The position numbers and the translations under genes are program-made. From Squalus acanthias (lineage: Eukaryota), in assembly GCA_030390025.1 (NCBI GenBank), contig CM059431.1, positions 100,132,001 through 100,196,000 of the forward strand: a DNA stretch of 64,000 nucleotides, written 5' to 3'. Shown piece by piece: positions 13,790 to 27,021 of the stretch. Below the pieces are notes generated by a model. That model was not told the DNA's origin. It made no database searches and saw only the letters and a list, made by a program, of their open reading frames with translations. Position 1 is the first letter of the stretch. Every line of letters starts with the position of its first letter.

Positions 13790-14652
13790 GAAAAAAAGAA
13801 AGACTTGCATTTCTATCGCGCCTCTCACAACCACCGGACGTCCCAAAGCGCTTTACAGCCAATGAAGTACTTTTTGAAGTCTGGTCGCTGTTGTAATGTA
13901 GGAAACGCGGCAGCCAATTTGCGCACAGCAAGCTCCCACAAACAGCTATGTGATAATGACCAGATAATCTGTTTTTAGTGATGTTGGTTGAGGGATAAAT
14001 ATTGGCCCCAGGACACCGGGGAGAACTCCCCCTGCTCTTCTTCGAAATAGTGCCATGGGATCTTTTACATCCAGACGGGGCCTCGGTTTAACGTCTTTTC
14101 TTAAAGGCGGCACCTCCGACAGTGCAGCGCTCCCTCAGTACTGCCCCTCCGACAGTGCGGCGCTCCCTCAGTACTGACCCTCCGACAGTGCAGCGCTCCC
14201 TCAGTACTGCCCCTCCGACAGTGCGGCGCTCCCTCAGTACTGACCCTCCGACAGTGCGGCGCTCCCTCAGTGTTGACCCTCCGACAGTGCGGCGCTCCCT
14301 CAGTACTGCCCCTCCGACAGTGCGGCACTCCCTCAGTACTGCCCCTCCGACAGTGCGGCACTCCCTCAGTACTGCCCCTCCGACAGTGCGGCGCTCCCTC
14401 CGTACTGCCCCTCCGACAGTGCGGCGCTCCCTCAGTACTGCCCCTCCGACAGTGCGGCGCTCTCTCAGTACTGCCCCTCCGACAGTGCGGCGCTCTCTCA
14501 GTACTGCCCCTCCGACAGTGCGGCACTCCCTCAGTACTGCACTGGGAGTGACAGGCTAGATTTTTGTGCTCAAGTCTCAGGAGTGGGACTTGAACCCACG
14601 ATCATCTGACTCAGAGACGAGAGTGCTGCCCACTGAGCCATGGCACCTGACA
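13790..14652 (-). mobile_element. Full-length DeuSINE with about 13 33-bp units (14113-14540)
   Basis: Minus-strand A box TGGCTCAGTGG and B box GGTTCAAGTCC, array, Deu domain, tail. Confidence 0.88.
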
Positions 14653-15264
14653 GCACCGCCATATGTTTACTCCAACAAAATTGGGGTAGAATTGGATGTT
14701 GAAAGTGAGGAGAGCCAGTTTGACAGACCAGAAACTGTGAACCCTACTTGAACCATTCAATTGTCTGGCTTCACTCTTCCTTTCCCTAGAACTGCCTGGG
14801 GTGCCAGCCATTGGAGGAAATGGCTGAAAGCTCTCGATTGCATACAATAGGGACCGAGAGACCCGTAAGCTATTCAATGAAGGACTCCAGCACTTACAGC
14901 TAGGTCGGCACATTGGCGAGAGCGGTTTGTTGATTGCTGGTTTTGATGTGATGCTCCGATCGTTGTGCATTATAGCTCGCACATTGATTTATTTTTTTCC
15001 CGGCTGTCTGCTGCTGTTTCTCTCCAACTCCCCGGGTTCACAGCTCCAGCTGAGACTCTCCCACTGACGCCAGTCGGCTCCCAGCTACAAGCCGTGCACA
15101 GCGTGGCCATTCCACTGGGACACACCCTGGCTGCGCTGGGTTTGGAGCAGGAAGAGGGATTCCTCTGGAGGCAGGAGAGGCAGGCGTGCTGGCAACTCCG
15201 GTGTCCGATGCCCCTTCGCAGATGGCCCGGGAATTGCGTGACGGGACTCGGGCGCGACTATTTG

Positions 15265-15905
15265 GGCGTACATAATCCGGGCCGGCACTCCCAGCGCAGT
15301 ATTGAGGCAGCGCTGCACTGCCGTCCTTCGGATGAGACGTTAAACCGAGGCCCCGTCTGCCCTCTCGGGTGGACGTAAAAGAACCCTTGGCACTGCAACA
15401 ACAACAACTTGTATTTATATAGCACCTTTTAATGTAGTAAAACATCCCAAGGTGCTTCACATGAGTGATTATCCAACAAAATTTGACACCGAGCCACATG
15501 AGATATTGGGGCAGGTGAGCAAAAGCTTGGTCGAAGAGGTCGGTTTTAAGAAGCGTCTTAAAGGAGGAGAGAGAGGCGGAGAGGTTTAGGGAGGGAATTC
15601 CAGAGCTTTGGGCCTAGGCAGCTGAAGGCACGGCCGTCAATGGTGGAGCGATTAAATTTGGGGATGCCCAAGAGGCCAGTACAGCAGGGGAGTTCTTCCC
15701 GGTGTCCTGGCCAATATTTATCACTCAACCAACATCACAAAAACAGATGATGTGGTCATTACCACATTGCTGTGTGTGGGAGCTTGCTGTGCGCAAATTG
15801 GCTGCCGCATTTCCTGCATTAAAACAGTGACGACACTTGGCTGTAATGCGCTTAGGGACATCCTGAGGTCATGAAAGGCGCTATATAAATGCAAGTCTTT
15901 CTTTT
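15265..15905 (+). mobile_element. Older DeuSINE with a single degenerate unit, interrupted by a minus L2 3' end (15396-15680)
   Basis: GCAGTATTGAGGCAGCGCTGCACTG runs directly into CCGTCCTTCGGATGAG; body resumes at about 15682. Confidence 0.75.
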
Positions 15906-16003
15906 ACTTCTTTCGCGCTCTCTTTCTCTTTCTTTGTCTCTTTTTTTCTCTTTCTTTCTTCCTCTCCCTCTCTCTCTCCCTCCTCTTGATCGCTCTGTCT
16001 TTG

Positions 16004-16060
<57 letters not shown>
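15900..16060. repeat. (CT)n-rich polypyrimidine microsatellite grown from the SINE tail
   Basis: CT/CTTT runs directly after AAATGCAAGTCTTT. Confidence 0.9.
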
Positions 16061-16062
<2 letters not shown>

Positions 16063-16631
16063 TTCTGTTTCTTTACTCCAAGAGATTGAGCAGGAAGGCA
16101 GGCATCAACTTGTGTTGTCGACTGGAAGTCGCATTTCGGTCTAGAAGTAGTTACAGCCCTGCGCATTGAGTAATTAAAACTCGAATTCTGATTACACTGG
16201 CTGCTTTTTTCATATGCCAGGCTTGGGGTTGTAATTATGGTCGCAGGTGCAGAGTTGTTCTTATTGAAAATTAATTTTGGAAAGCAAATTAATACCATGG
16301 GAGGCGGCAGGAAAAGATCTGGTGATCCACAATTTTGCATTTCCTGGTCGTGATAACTTGCTTCTGTTTTTCAGCGTCTGTCAGCAACTTTGCTGCATAA
16401 GTGTGATTTTTTTTTTTCCCTCTTTTTTTAAAAATAATTATGAAATTATTGGTTGATTTCACAGGGCAGTTTCACAAACCAAAAATAAAACAACCTCCAG
16501 ATTTCCTTCTTATTTTTACCAGAATCGGAATAATTGTAGCAGGGAATTTTTTCCCATTGATTTGGGAATCAGGAGAAGCAGATCAGAAATTACAGAATGA
16601 GTTCAACAAAATATGTAGGTGTGTCAACTCC

Positions 16632-17220
16632 AGTGTCAGCCGTGGTTCAGTGGGTCGCACTCTCGCCTCTGAGTCAGAAGGTTGTGTGTTCAAGTCCCGC
16701 TCCAGAGACTTGAACACAAAAATCGAGGCTGACGCTCCCAGTGCAGTACTGAGGGAGCGCCGCACTGTCGGAGGGACAGTACTGAGGGAGCGCCGCACTG
16801 TCGGAGGGGCAGTACTGAGGGAGCACCGCACTGTCGGAGGGGGCAGTACTGAGGGAGCGCCGCACTGTCGGAGGGGCGGTACTGAGGGAGCGCAGCACTG
16901 TCGGAGGGGCAGTACTGAGGGAGCGCCGCACTGTCGGAGGGGCAGTACTGAGGGAGCGCCGCACTGTCGGAGGGGCCGTCTTTTGGATGAGACGTTAAAC
17001 CGAGGCCCCATCTGCTCCCTCGGCTGGATGTAAAAGGTCCTATGGCCACTATTTGAAGAAGAGCAGGGGAGTTATAAAACGGATTATCTGGTCATTATCA
17101 CATTGCTGGTTGTGGGATCTTGCTGTGTGCAAATTGGGTGCCATGTTTCCTCCAACAGTGACCACACTTCAAAAGTACTTCATTGTGAAGCACTTTGGTA
17201 TGTTATAGAAATGCAAGTCA
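16632..17220 (+). mobile_element. DeuSINE with about 7 33-bp units (16742-16975)
   Basis: Head, array, Deu domain with small deletions. Confidence 0.85.
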
Positions 17221-17346
17221 ATCCCTTTATTATGGGAAGAAAAATAGATGTTGAAATAGTTACAGGTGGATTTAAACCCGGACCCAAAGGACAGTCTACC
17301 ATTCAGTTGTCCATAGTGTAACAATGATCAGGCCAGAATTCCTTGG

Positions 17347-17938
17347 TCCTCCGACAGTGCGGCACTCCCTCAGTACTGCCCCTCCGACAGTGCGGCGCTC
17401 CCTCAGCACTGCCCCTCCGACAGTGCGGCACTCCCTCAGTACTGCCCCTCCTCCCTCAGTACTGCCCCTCCGACAGTGCGGCGCTCCCTCAGTACTGCCC
17501 CTCCGACAGTGCGGCGCTCCCTCAGTACTGCCCCTCCGATAATGCGGCGCTCCCTCAGTACTGCCCCTCCGACAGTGCGGCGCTCCCTCAGTACTGACCC
17601 TCCGGCAGTGCGGCGCTCCCTCAGTACTGACCCTCCGGCAGTGCGGCGCTCCCTCAGTACTGACCCTCCGGCAGTGCGGCGCTCCCTCAGTACTGCCCCT
17701 CCGGCAGTGCGGCGCTCCCTCAGTACTGCCCCTCCGGCAGTGCGGCGCTCCCTCAGTACTGCCCCTCCGACAGTGCGGCGCTCCCTCAGTACTGACCCTC
17801 CGACAGTGCGGCGCTCCCTCAGTACTGCACTGAGAGTGTCGGCCTGGATTTTTGTGTTCAAGTCTCTGGAGCGGGACTTGAACCCACAACCTTCTGACTC
17901 AGAGGCGAGAGTACTACCCACTGAGCCATTGGCTGACA
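17347..17938 (-). mobile_element. DeuSINE head plus about 14 33-bp units, no body
   Basis: Reverse-complement array 17347-17828 and head with A/B boxes. Confidence 0.85.
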
Positions 17939-18274
17939 CACAATTCTGCCCACCTACATATTTTGTTGAACTCATTCTGTAATTTCTGATCTGCTTCTCC
18001 TGATCTGACCTCCTCTCCTGACCCCGCCAGAGTATCTCGGAGCGTAAGGTGGCCCCACTGGCTCGTAGGGTTTTTCCAGTGAGGGGCCTGATCCTCCCAG
18101 CAGTCTTCTGGGATGGTCAGGACCAGACCCAGGCCTGAATCGCCCCCCTCCCCCCGTGTCTCTCCATTGGACCTCATCATTGGGGTATCTCTAGTGCACA
18201 GGAGGCAATAGATATGGGAATCGTGGGTGGGGGGAAGCCACTCCACTGGACCTGCCTCCTTTCAAGGACTTCAT

Positions 18275-19305
18275 TGTAAGGTAATCGGCAAAAGAACCAG
18301 AGACGAGATAAGGAAAAGTTCTTCTACGCAGCGAGTTGTTGTGATCTGGAATGCGCTGCCTGAAAGGGCGGTGGAAGCAGATTCAATAGTAACTTTCAAA
18401 ATGGAATTGAAAAGGTGACATTTGCAGGGCTCTGGGGAAAGAGCGGGGGGGAGTGGGACTAATTGGAGAGCTCTTTCAAAGAGCCGGCACAGTCACGATG
18501 GGCCAAATGGCCTCCTCCTGTGCTGTACCATTCCGTGATTCCAAGTCTTTGGCGCAATGGATATCTTGTTCAATGTTCCAATGGCCTCTACTGCCCCCCT
18601 TCACCCTGCATCATCACCCAGGCTCAGGAATTTCCGGGCCAATGCGTTTAACAATGGCGTGTTAACGGCAGTGGTGGAAATGTGGCATATTATTGGGGGA
18701 GAATAGAGGGAGCGTATTTCTACAGCTGACCATGTTACAGCCCGGCCTGAAGTACATTGCGGATACAAAAATCAGAAAGTTCTGCTGTCCACAGCACGAA
18801 CATTCCTCACTTAACCTTTTATTGATTAATAAACTGAAACGGTAAATATCAATAACATAGAATTTACAGCACAGAAACAGGCCATTCAGCCCAGCTGGTC
18901 TATACCGGTGTTTCTGCTCCACACGAGCCTCCTCCCGCCCCTCTTCATCTCACCCCATCAACATATCCTTCTATTCCTTTCGCCCATCCCTAATATCCCT
19001 TGAGAAGGTGGTGGTGAGCCGCCGCCTTGAACCGCTGCAGTACGTGTGGTGAAGGTACTCCCACAGTGCTGTTAGGGAGGGAGTTCCAGGATTTTGACCC
19101 AGCGACGATGAAGGAACAGCCGATATATTTCCAAGTCAGGATGGTGTGCGACTTGGAGGGCAACTTGGGGGTGGTGGTGTTCCCAGGCGCCTGCATGTGT
19201 TTATCAAGCCTCCCCTTAAATGCATCTATACTATTCGCCTCAACCACTCCCTGTGGGAGCGAGTTCCACATTCTCCCCACTCTCTGGGTAAAGAAGTTTC
19301 TCTGG
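18275..19305. mobile_element. CR1 fragments (18275-18540 plus; 18855-19305 minus) with a nested Zenon-like 3' piece (about 18982-19192 minus)
   Basis: TQRVVVIWNALP motif; nested piece matches 1004-1200. Confidence 0.8.
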
Positions 19306-19669
19306 AAATTAATGTTGAATATTGTTCCTCACTCGAGTATTAGATAATTGTACTGATAACGTACTCTTTCATTTTCCATAGTTTATGTAAGAAACAATTT
19401 ATTTGTTATTAATTTTGCCTCTTGGGAGGAATCGGCAGGTAATTTTAGTCTTCAACGGGATCACGTTTTGGGAATTTTGGCACCCATCCCTCGTGAGTTT
19501 CTGTCCATTAAGTTTAATTGGTGGAAAATCATGTGGGCGACATGCGCCTAAATTCCCAATATCTGTTCCCGGTATTTGTGAAACACTGTGCTGGAAACGC
19601 TGAAGAGGAAAATTTGCCCCGTAAAGTCTTCCTAGTATCTTTGTTAAATTCCCTAATCGGGCAACTCCT

Positions 19670-20310
19670 AACCTTGCATTTATATAGCGCCTTTAACGTA
19701 GTAAAAGGTCCCGCCGCGCTTCACAGGAGCGAATTATCAGACAAGATTTGAGCCCGAGCCACAGAAGGAGATATTCGAATCGGTGATCAAAAGTTTGGTC
19801 AAAGAGGTCGGTTTTAAGGAGCGTCTTAAAGGAGGGTAGAGGGGTTTAGGGAGGGAATTCCAGAGCTCGGGGCCTCAGCAGCTGAAGGCACGGCCACCAA
19901 TGGTGGAGCGATGACAATCGGGGATGCTGAAGAGGCCAGAATCGGAGGAGCGCAGAGATCTCAGGGGTTTGTGGGGCTGGAGGAGGTTACAGAGATAGGG
20001 AGGGGCGAGGGCCATGGAGGGATTTGAACACAAGGATGAGAATTTTGAAATCGAGGCGTTGCTGGACCAGGAGTCGATGCAGGTCAGCGAGCACAGGGGG
20101 TGATGGGTGAACGGGACTTGGTGCGAGTTAGGACACGGGGGCAGCCGAGCTTTCAATGAGCTCAAGTTTACGGAGGATGGAAGGTGGGAGGCCGGCCAGG
20201 AGAGTGTTGGAATAGTCCAGTCTGGAGGAACAAAGGCCTGGGTGAGGGTTTCAGCAGCAGATGGGCTGAGGTAGGGGCGGAGACGGGCGATGGTACGGAG
20301 GTGGATGCAG
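19670..20310 (-). mobile_element. L2 LINE 3' fragment
   Basis: HLRTIARLRPYLSPSAAETL; APPYLCNLLQP..RSLRS; L2 tail. Confidence 0.85.
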
Positions 20311-20824
20311 ATGCAGTGCTCACGGGGAGTGCTGGTCTGGAGACCACTGCGGCCCAGCACGTCTCGACCAGCGGCCCCTGTGAGCACAACTGCAGGGAGC
20401 ACCTTACCAGGGAATCAATCCATTAATTTTTAAGGGTAAAACAATTTGTGAGACTTTAATAAAATCACTTAATTTCTCCATTTTTCTTATTGATTTCCGC
20501 ACTAAGTAGACATAATTCCTGCACTTAAATTCAATCTTCAGCTGTTATCTTGAATCATTTTGCATTGATTTATGCTTTTAAAAGACACTGAAAATTGAGA
20601 TTAAAATACTGTGGTTGGACTGGGTACTGGAAATGATAGTTTGGGATCTAAATTGGACAAAGGTCTTCTCTCTAAGTCCTATGTGAAATGAGTTTGATGC
20701 AGTCTCCCTTACCCACCTGGTGAGCGCAAGCCCACAGCAGCAGACTGGCACATTCACTCCGACAGACCACAGGATGATGATGATATGAGAAATGGAAATA
20801 CCAGCTCCAGATTCAGCGGGATCA

Positions 20825-21395
20825 ATGCTCCCCTGGCCTGCCTGCCATCCACCACCCTCTGTAAGCTCATCCAAAACCCTGCTTCCTGTATCCTATCCCG
20901 CAGCGAGACCCATTCCACCTTCACCCCTTGCTGACGTACATTGGATCCTGGCGTACGTTCCTCCAACTTAAAATTTCATCCTCGGATTTAAATCCCTTCA
21001 AGACCTCACTTCTATCTATGTAACTTCCTCCAGCCCTACAATTCCCCCTCTCCCCCGACACCCAACAACGCTCTATTGCTCTGACTTTGGATTCTTGTGC
21101 ATGTCCGTCGCCCCGCCATCACTTCAGCCGGCACGGACTCGATGGGCCGAATGGCGGCCTTCTGTGTCGTTATGACTCTGTGATGCACTTTGTGTGAACT
21201 CCCTGCCTCAATCCCTCTGGTCTCTCTCCCTTCCTCTCCTCCTTTTAAGAACATCCTTAAAACTCACCTCTTTGACAAACCTCTCCAAACATCCCCCCCT
21301 TTGGCTCTGCGTCCATTTTTCCCCCATTGTGCCTCTGCGAAGCCCCTTGGGACAGTTTTCTACGTCCGAGGCACTATATAAATGCAAATTGTTGG
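20825..21395 (+). mobile_element. Decayed L2 3' fragment with a small CR1 tail insert (about 21127-21182)
   Basis: Diverged similarity to other L2 copies; tail GGCACTATATAAATGC. Confidence 0.65.
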
Positions 21396-21439
21396 TGCGC
21401 AGCGCTCTGGAGCTCCTGCGCACCCAAAAAAAATTAAAG

Positions 21440-22650
21440 GTAGGGAGTTCCAGCGACGATGAAGGATCAGCCAATATATTTCCAAGTCAGGATGGTGTGT
21501 GGCTTGGCAGGTGGTGGTGTTCTGATGCGCCTGCTGCCCTTGTCCTTCTAGGTGGTAGAGGTCGCGGGTTTGGAAGGTGCTGCCGAAGAAACCTTGGCGA
21601 GTTGCTGCAGTGCATCTTGTAGATGGTACCCACTGCAGCCACGGTACGCCGGTGGTGGAGGGAGTGAATGTTTAAGGTGGTCCATGGGGTGCCAATCAAG
21701 TGGGCTGCTTTGTCCTGGATGGTGTCGAGCTTCTTGACTGTTGTTGGAGCTGCACTCATCCAGGCAAGTGGAGAGTTTTCCTTCACACTCCTGACTTGTG
21801 CCTTGTAGATGGTGGAAAGGCTTTGGGGAGTCAGGAGGTGAGTCATTCACCGCAGAATACCCAGCCTCTGACCTGCTCTTGTAGCCACAGTATTTATGTG
21901 GCTGGTCCAGTTAAGTTTCTGGTCAATGGTGACCCCCCAGGATATTGAAGGTGGGGGATTTGGCGATGGTAATGCCATTGAATGTCAAGGGGCAGTGGTT
22001 AGACTCTCACTTGTTGGAGATGGTCATTGCATGGCACTTGTGTGGTGCGAATGTTACTTGCCTCTTATCAGCCCAAGCCTTAATGTCGTCCAGGTCTTGT
22101 TGTATGCGAGCATGGATTGCTTCATTATCTGAGGAGTTGTGAATGGAACTGAACACTGTGCAGTCATCAGCGAACATCCCCACTTCTGACCTTATGATGG
22201 AGGGAAGGTCATTGATGAAGCAGCTGAAGATGGTTGGGCCTAGGACACTGCCCTGAGGAACTCCCTGCAGCGATGTCCTGGGGCTGAGATGATTGGCCTC
22301 CAACAACCAAAAACATCTTCCTTTGTGCTGGGTATGACTCCAGACAGTGGTATGATTTCCCCCTGATTGCCATTGACTTCAATTTTACTAGGGCTCCTTG
22401 ATGCCACACTCGGTCAAATGCTGCCTTGATGTCAAGGACAGTCACTCTCACCTCACCTCTGGAATTCAGCTCTTTTGTCCATGTTTGGACCAAGGCTGTA
22501 ATGAGTTCTGGAGCTGAGTGGCTCTGGCAGAACCCAAACTGGACATCAGTGAGCAGGTTATTGGTGAGTAAATGCCGCTTGATAGCACTGTCGATGACAC
22601 CTTCCATCACTTTGCTGATGATTGAGAGTAGACTGATGGGGCGGTAATTG
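21440..22650 (-). mobile_element. Decayed CR1-group (Zenon-like) LINE RT region
   Basis: NYRPISLLS, QFGF, LDIKAAFDRVWH, GVPQGSVLGP, FADD. Confidence 0.88.
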
Positions 22651-23104
22651 ACATTGTGGAGCTCAGGAAGGAGAGCTACACTTGATAGCCGGCTGTGCTG
22701 TACCTGACTCCGAGTCCTCAATACAGACAGTCGGTACAGAGAGAACGTTTCCACTAGTGGAGAAAAGCGTAACTAGAGGCCATCAATATAAGATAGTCAC
22801 CAAGAAATCCAAAAGGGAAAAAGTTCAAGTTCTTTACAGTAACATCACTTGTTGTGCTGAGCACAAACATTCACAAAGGGAGACAATACTGATCTGACCT
22901 TGTTGTCACTTCTGAAAATACGGTTTTTGCAATCTGTATGAATACAAAAGGTTCATGTTTCTCGAGCACAATTAATTTGCTTGTTGCAAATGTTCTCCTG
23001 CTTTAAATAGAAGAAAAGTTTAACTGTAATCAGAGAACCATTATTCCTCTCGCGCAATCTGAATTAATTTTATCTTTTCTTTATTTGATAGTAAGCACAC
23101 AAGA

Positions 23105-24415
23105 CCTTGTATTTATACAGTGCTTTTAACGTAATAAAACGTCCCAAGGCGCTTCACAGGAGCGATTATCAGATAAAATTTGACACCGAGCCACATAAGG
23201 AGATATTAGGACAGGTGGAGGTAGGTTTCAAGGGACATCTTAAAGGCGGAGAGGGTTAGGGAGGGAATTCAGCAACAACCAAAATAAGATGTTTCCACTT
23301 GTGGGGCAGTCCAAAACTAGGGGTCATAAATAAAAGTTAGTCACTAATAAATCCAATAGGGAATTCAGGAGAAACTTCTTTACCCAGAGAGTGGTGAGAA
23401 TGTGGAACTCGCTACCACAGGGAGTGGTTGAGGCGAATAGTATAGATACATTTAAGGTGAACACACGAGGAGAAAAGGAAGAGGAGTTATGCTGATAGGG
23501 TGAGATGAAGAGGGGTGGGAGGAGGCTCGTGTGGAGCATAAACACCAGCACGGACCAGTTGGGCCGACTGGCCTGTTTCATACGGCATATAATTGGCAAA
23601 TAACACAGATAAATGTGAGGTGTTACATTTTGGTAGGAAGAGTAGGGAGGTCACTTATCACTTTGGAAGGTGCGAGTCTGGGTGGGGTAGAGGAACAAAG
23701 GGATCTAGGAGTACAAATACACAAATCACTAAAAGTTGCGACGCAGGTTAGCAAGGCCATAAAAAAGGCAAACCAGGCACTAGGGTTTATTTCTGGAGGG
23801 ATAGAATTGAAAAGTAGTGAAGTTATGCTAAACCTGTATCGAACCTTGGTTAGACCACACTTGGAGTACTGTGTACAGTTCTGATCGCCATATTATAAAA
23901 AGGATATAGAGGCACTGGAGAGGGTGCAGTGAAGATTTACAAGGATATACCAGAAATGCAGGGGTACACCTATCAGGAAAGGATGAACAGGCTGGGTCTC
24001 TTTCCTCTTGAAAAAAGAAGGCTGAGGGGTGACCTAATAGAGGTCTTTAAAATTATGAAAGGTTTTGATAGAGTGGATACAGAGAGAATGTTTCCACTTG
24101 TGGGGAAGAGCATAACTAGAGGCCATCAATATAAGATAGTCACCAAGAAATCCAATAGGGAATTCAGAAGAAACTTCTTTACCCAAAGAGTGGTGAGAAT
24201 GTGGAACTCGCTACCACAGGGAATGGTTGAAGCGAATAGTATGGATGCATTTAAGGGGAGGCTAGACAAGCATATGAGGGAGAAGGGAATAGAAGGTTAT
24301 GCTAATAGATTTAGATGAGGAAAAAGGGGAGGAGGCTGGAGTGGAGCATAAACGCCGGCATGGACTGGTTGGGCCGAATGGCCTGTTTCTGTGCCGTATA
24401 TCCTATGTAATTCTG
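23105..24415. mobile_element. L2 tail (23105-23270 minus) followed by two plus CR1 fragments (23283-23590, 23605-24415)
   Basis: LYRTLVRPHLEYCVQF; FFTQRVVRMWNSLP. Confidence 0.85.
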
Positions 24416-24430
24416 TGCTGTAGACTCGAT

Positions 24431-25111
24431 GGGCTGGATTTTGATACTGGGGCGGGTTGGGGTCGTGTTATCCACTTTTCGTGTTATCCACCCGACTGCA
24501 ATTGGATGTGGGAGATTGATGCGATTTTCACCTAATTGGGCAATTGAGTTCCAGCATGTGGGAACCCATGAACCAATTAGTGGTTTCAGTCTGAAAGTCG
24601 CCTCTGATGATGTCATCATTGCTGCTGCATTGAAGGTCTTCAGAGACTGCCTGGCCTTTGCTGTGAGAGGACCTGGATGCAAAATGAGCAGCAGCAGCCC
24701 TAAGTCTGCTCCCAGATATTTTTACACCACCACTCAGAGGGAGAGGGAGAGGGAGAGGGAGAGGGAGAGGGAGAGAGAGAGAGAGAGATCCAGCCACCCA
24801 CCCACCCAAATGTGCTCCCGCCAGGTTTCACAATCGTGGTTCAGAACAGGCGTGCTTCACGTAGAACAAGGGTTAAAATCACAAAGGCCTTTCAAAATGG
24901 CATTATAGAGCCAATTTAGTGCTTGTTAAGGGCCTTAACAGCTTATCCCGCCGCTTAGAGGCGGGACGGAGTCGGGACCAGCAGACACGATTTAATGAAA
25001 ATTGCGTGGAGGAGGGATGGAGGCGGACTTGTGCCCGCCCGCCAGTTTTCGCAATTTTAACCCCCCACACGCCTCCAAACCCGCCTCCGCGTGTCAATGA
25101 AAATCCAGCCC
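24431..25111. mobile_element. PIF/Harbinger-type MITE containing (GAGAGG)n (about 24737-24788)
   Basis: TIR GGGCTGGATTTT / AAAATCCAGCCC; 3-bp TSD GAT on both sides. Confidence 0.85.
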
Positions 25112-25414
25112 GATGTAATTCTATTTTCATATCGAGTGTATGAATTTTATGTAAATTCCATATAAAAATAAATGTTAGTAAATTGACAAAGCAACTGGAT
25201 GCTCTTGTTGGTATTTTTCCGCCAGTTGGACAGACATGTTCTGCCTGTGCTTCTACTGTCTGTCGAGAGAAGTGTGTGCATGGCCGTGTTCAAATTCAGA
25301 TTTATTTTTTGCATGTATTTATTTATATTTGCTTACACACTGAGCTACCAAACAATGACTTTGTCTTAACATTGTGGAATTGCTGTCTGAAAGGAGTCTC
25401 TAATCACACTGTAG

Positions 25415-25525
<111 letters not shown>

Positions 25526-25535
25526 TGAACACTTC

Positions 25536-25566
25536 TGTGTGTGTGTGTGTGCGTGTGCGTGTGCGT
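25536..25566. repeat. (TG)n/(TGCGTG)n microsatellite about 47 nt downstream of the 75-nt exon
   Basis: Direct reading. Confidence 0.85.
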
Positions 25567-25894
25567 CATGCCTAGAGCCATCCTAAGAATTCTTTCAGTT
25601 GTGCGTTCACGTTAAGTGTATGGAGTTTCTACCAGACTCGAAGAACTTCGAAGAAAACATTTTCTACAGACGTGCAAGGGTTGAGGAGTGTGGTTGATCT
25701 GGACGGACCCACTCTGCCCTTGCAACATGATCAGCTTCCACTCACTTCCAATCCTGCATTCCCAGATAGGGTGAATGAACCATTAAGCGAAAATGCTGAT
25801 CGTTGTATAGCTCCGATGATTGATTGTATTTTAATAAGTTATTGTCAAAGGCCTTGAAATTGTATTGTTGCATAAGGTAAAAATTGTGTTTAGC

Positions 25895-26660
25895 AAATAG
25901 CAGGCACAGATATGATGGGCCGAATGGCCTCCTTCTGTGCCTGTATGCAACGTTGATCATAACAAATTGGAGCATTCAGCCCATTGAGCCTGCTCCACCA
26001 TTCAATAAGATCATGGCTGATCTAATATCTCAACTCCACTTTCCCACCCGACCCCCATATCCCTTGATTCCCTTAGTATCCAAAAATCTATCAATCTCTG
26101 TCTTGAATAAACTCAACGACTGAGCCTCCACAGCCCTCTGGGGTAGAGAATTCCAAAGATTCACCGCCCTCCGAGTGAAGAAATTTCTCCTCCTCTCAGT
26201 TCTAAATGGCTGACCCCTTATTCTGAGACTGTGACCCCTGGTTCTAGACTCTCCAGCCAGGGGAAATACCCTCCCAGCATCTACCCTGTCAAGCCCTGTA
26301 AGAATGTTATATGTTTCAATAAGATCACCTCTCATTCTTCTAAACTCTAGGGAATATAGGCCTAGTCTACTCAATTTCTCCTCACAGGACAATCCCCCCA
26401 TCCCAGGAACCAGTCTAGTGAACCTTCGCAATCAGCACATGGAAGAACTCCCTGCTTTTCTTCAAATAGTGCCATGAAAACTTCAATGCCCATTTGCAGA
26501 GGTGAACAGTTTCAATTTAAGAAATGACTTGCATTTATTTAGCACCCTTCACGACCTCTGGACGTCCCAAAGCACTTCACAGTCAATGTATCGGCCTAGA
26601 TACGTCTCCAAGTGGGACTTCTGACTCAGACACGGAGAGCTGCCAGTTGAGCTAAGCTGA
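25895..26660 (-). mobile_element. CR1 3' fragment (about 25965-26430) and decayed array-less DeuSINE pieces (26435-26660)
   Basis: LGLYSLEFRRMRGDLIETY; TTCTTCAAATAGTGCCATG and GACTTGCATTTAT motifs. Confidence 0.75.
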
Positions 26661-27021
26661 CCTTAAATTAAAAATATCTTATCTCCAGACTTACAGAGGT
26701 CCATTAGTAAAGCTATCATTCCACATCACTGCCTGAAGCACTGCCAGAACCAGTGATGTGATGGAAACGTTTCTAAAAGATTTTGAATTTGGTATAAAAT
26801 ATTAAATAGATAAAAGGGAGAAAGTATAATTGACTAGCAATGATGTATGTGTGGGAGAGTGGGAGGTTGTAATTGAGGACAGGTAGTTGTAGACCTGTCC
26901 TTCACTCAAGCTGTGTGATCATCAATCCAAACGTCCTGAACACCCACGCATCCATTATTACCTAGTTTGATCTGAAATTGACTCATAAATGTATATTTGG
27001 AAGGTGCTCATGTTTGTATTC

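Noticed and set aside
15852..16340. ER-rich ORFs (also 24429-24908)
   Set aside because: Translations of GA/CT microsatellites.
25395..25414. U12-type intron suggested by the missing pyrimidine tract
   Set aside because: The donor at 9116 is GTAAGT (U2 type) and there is no TCCTTAAC branch site.
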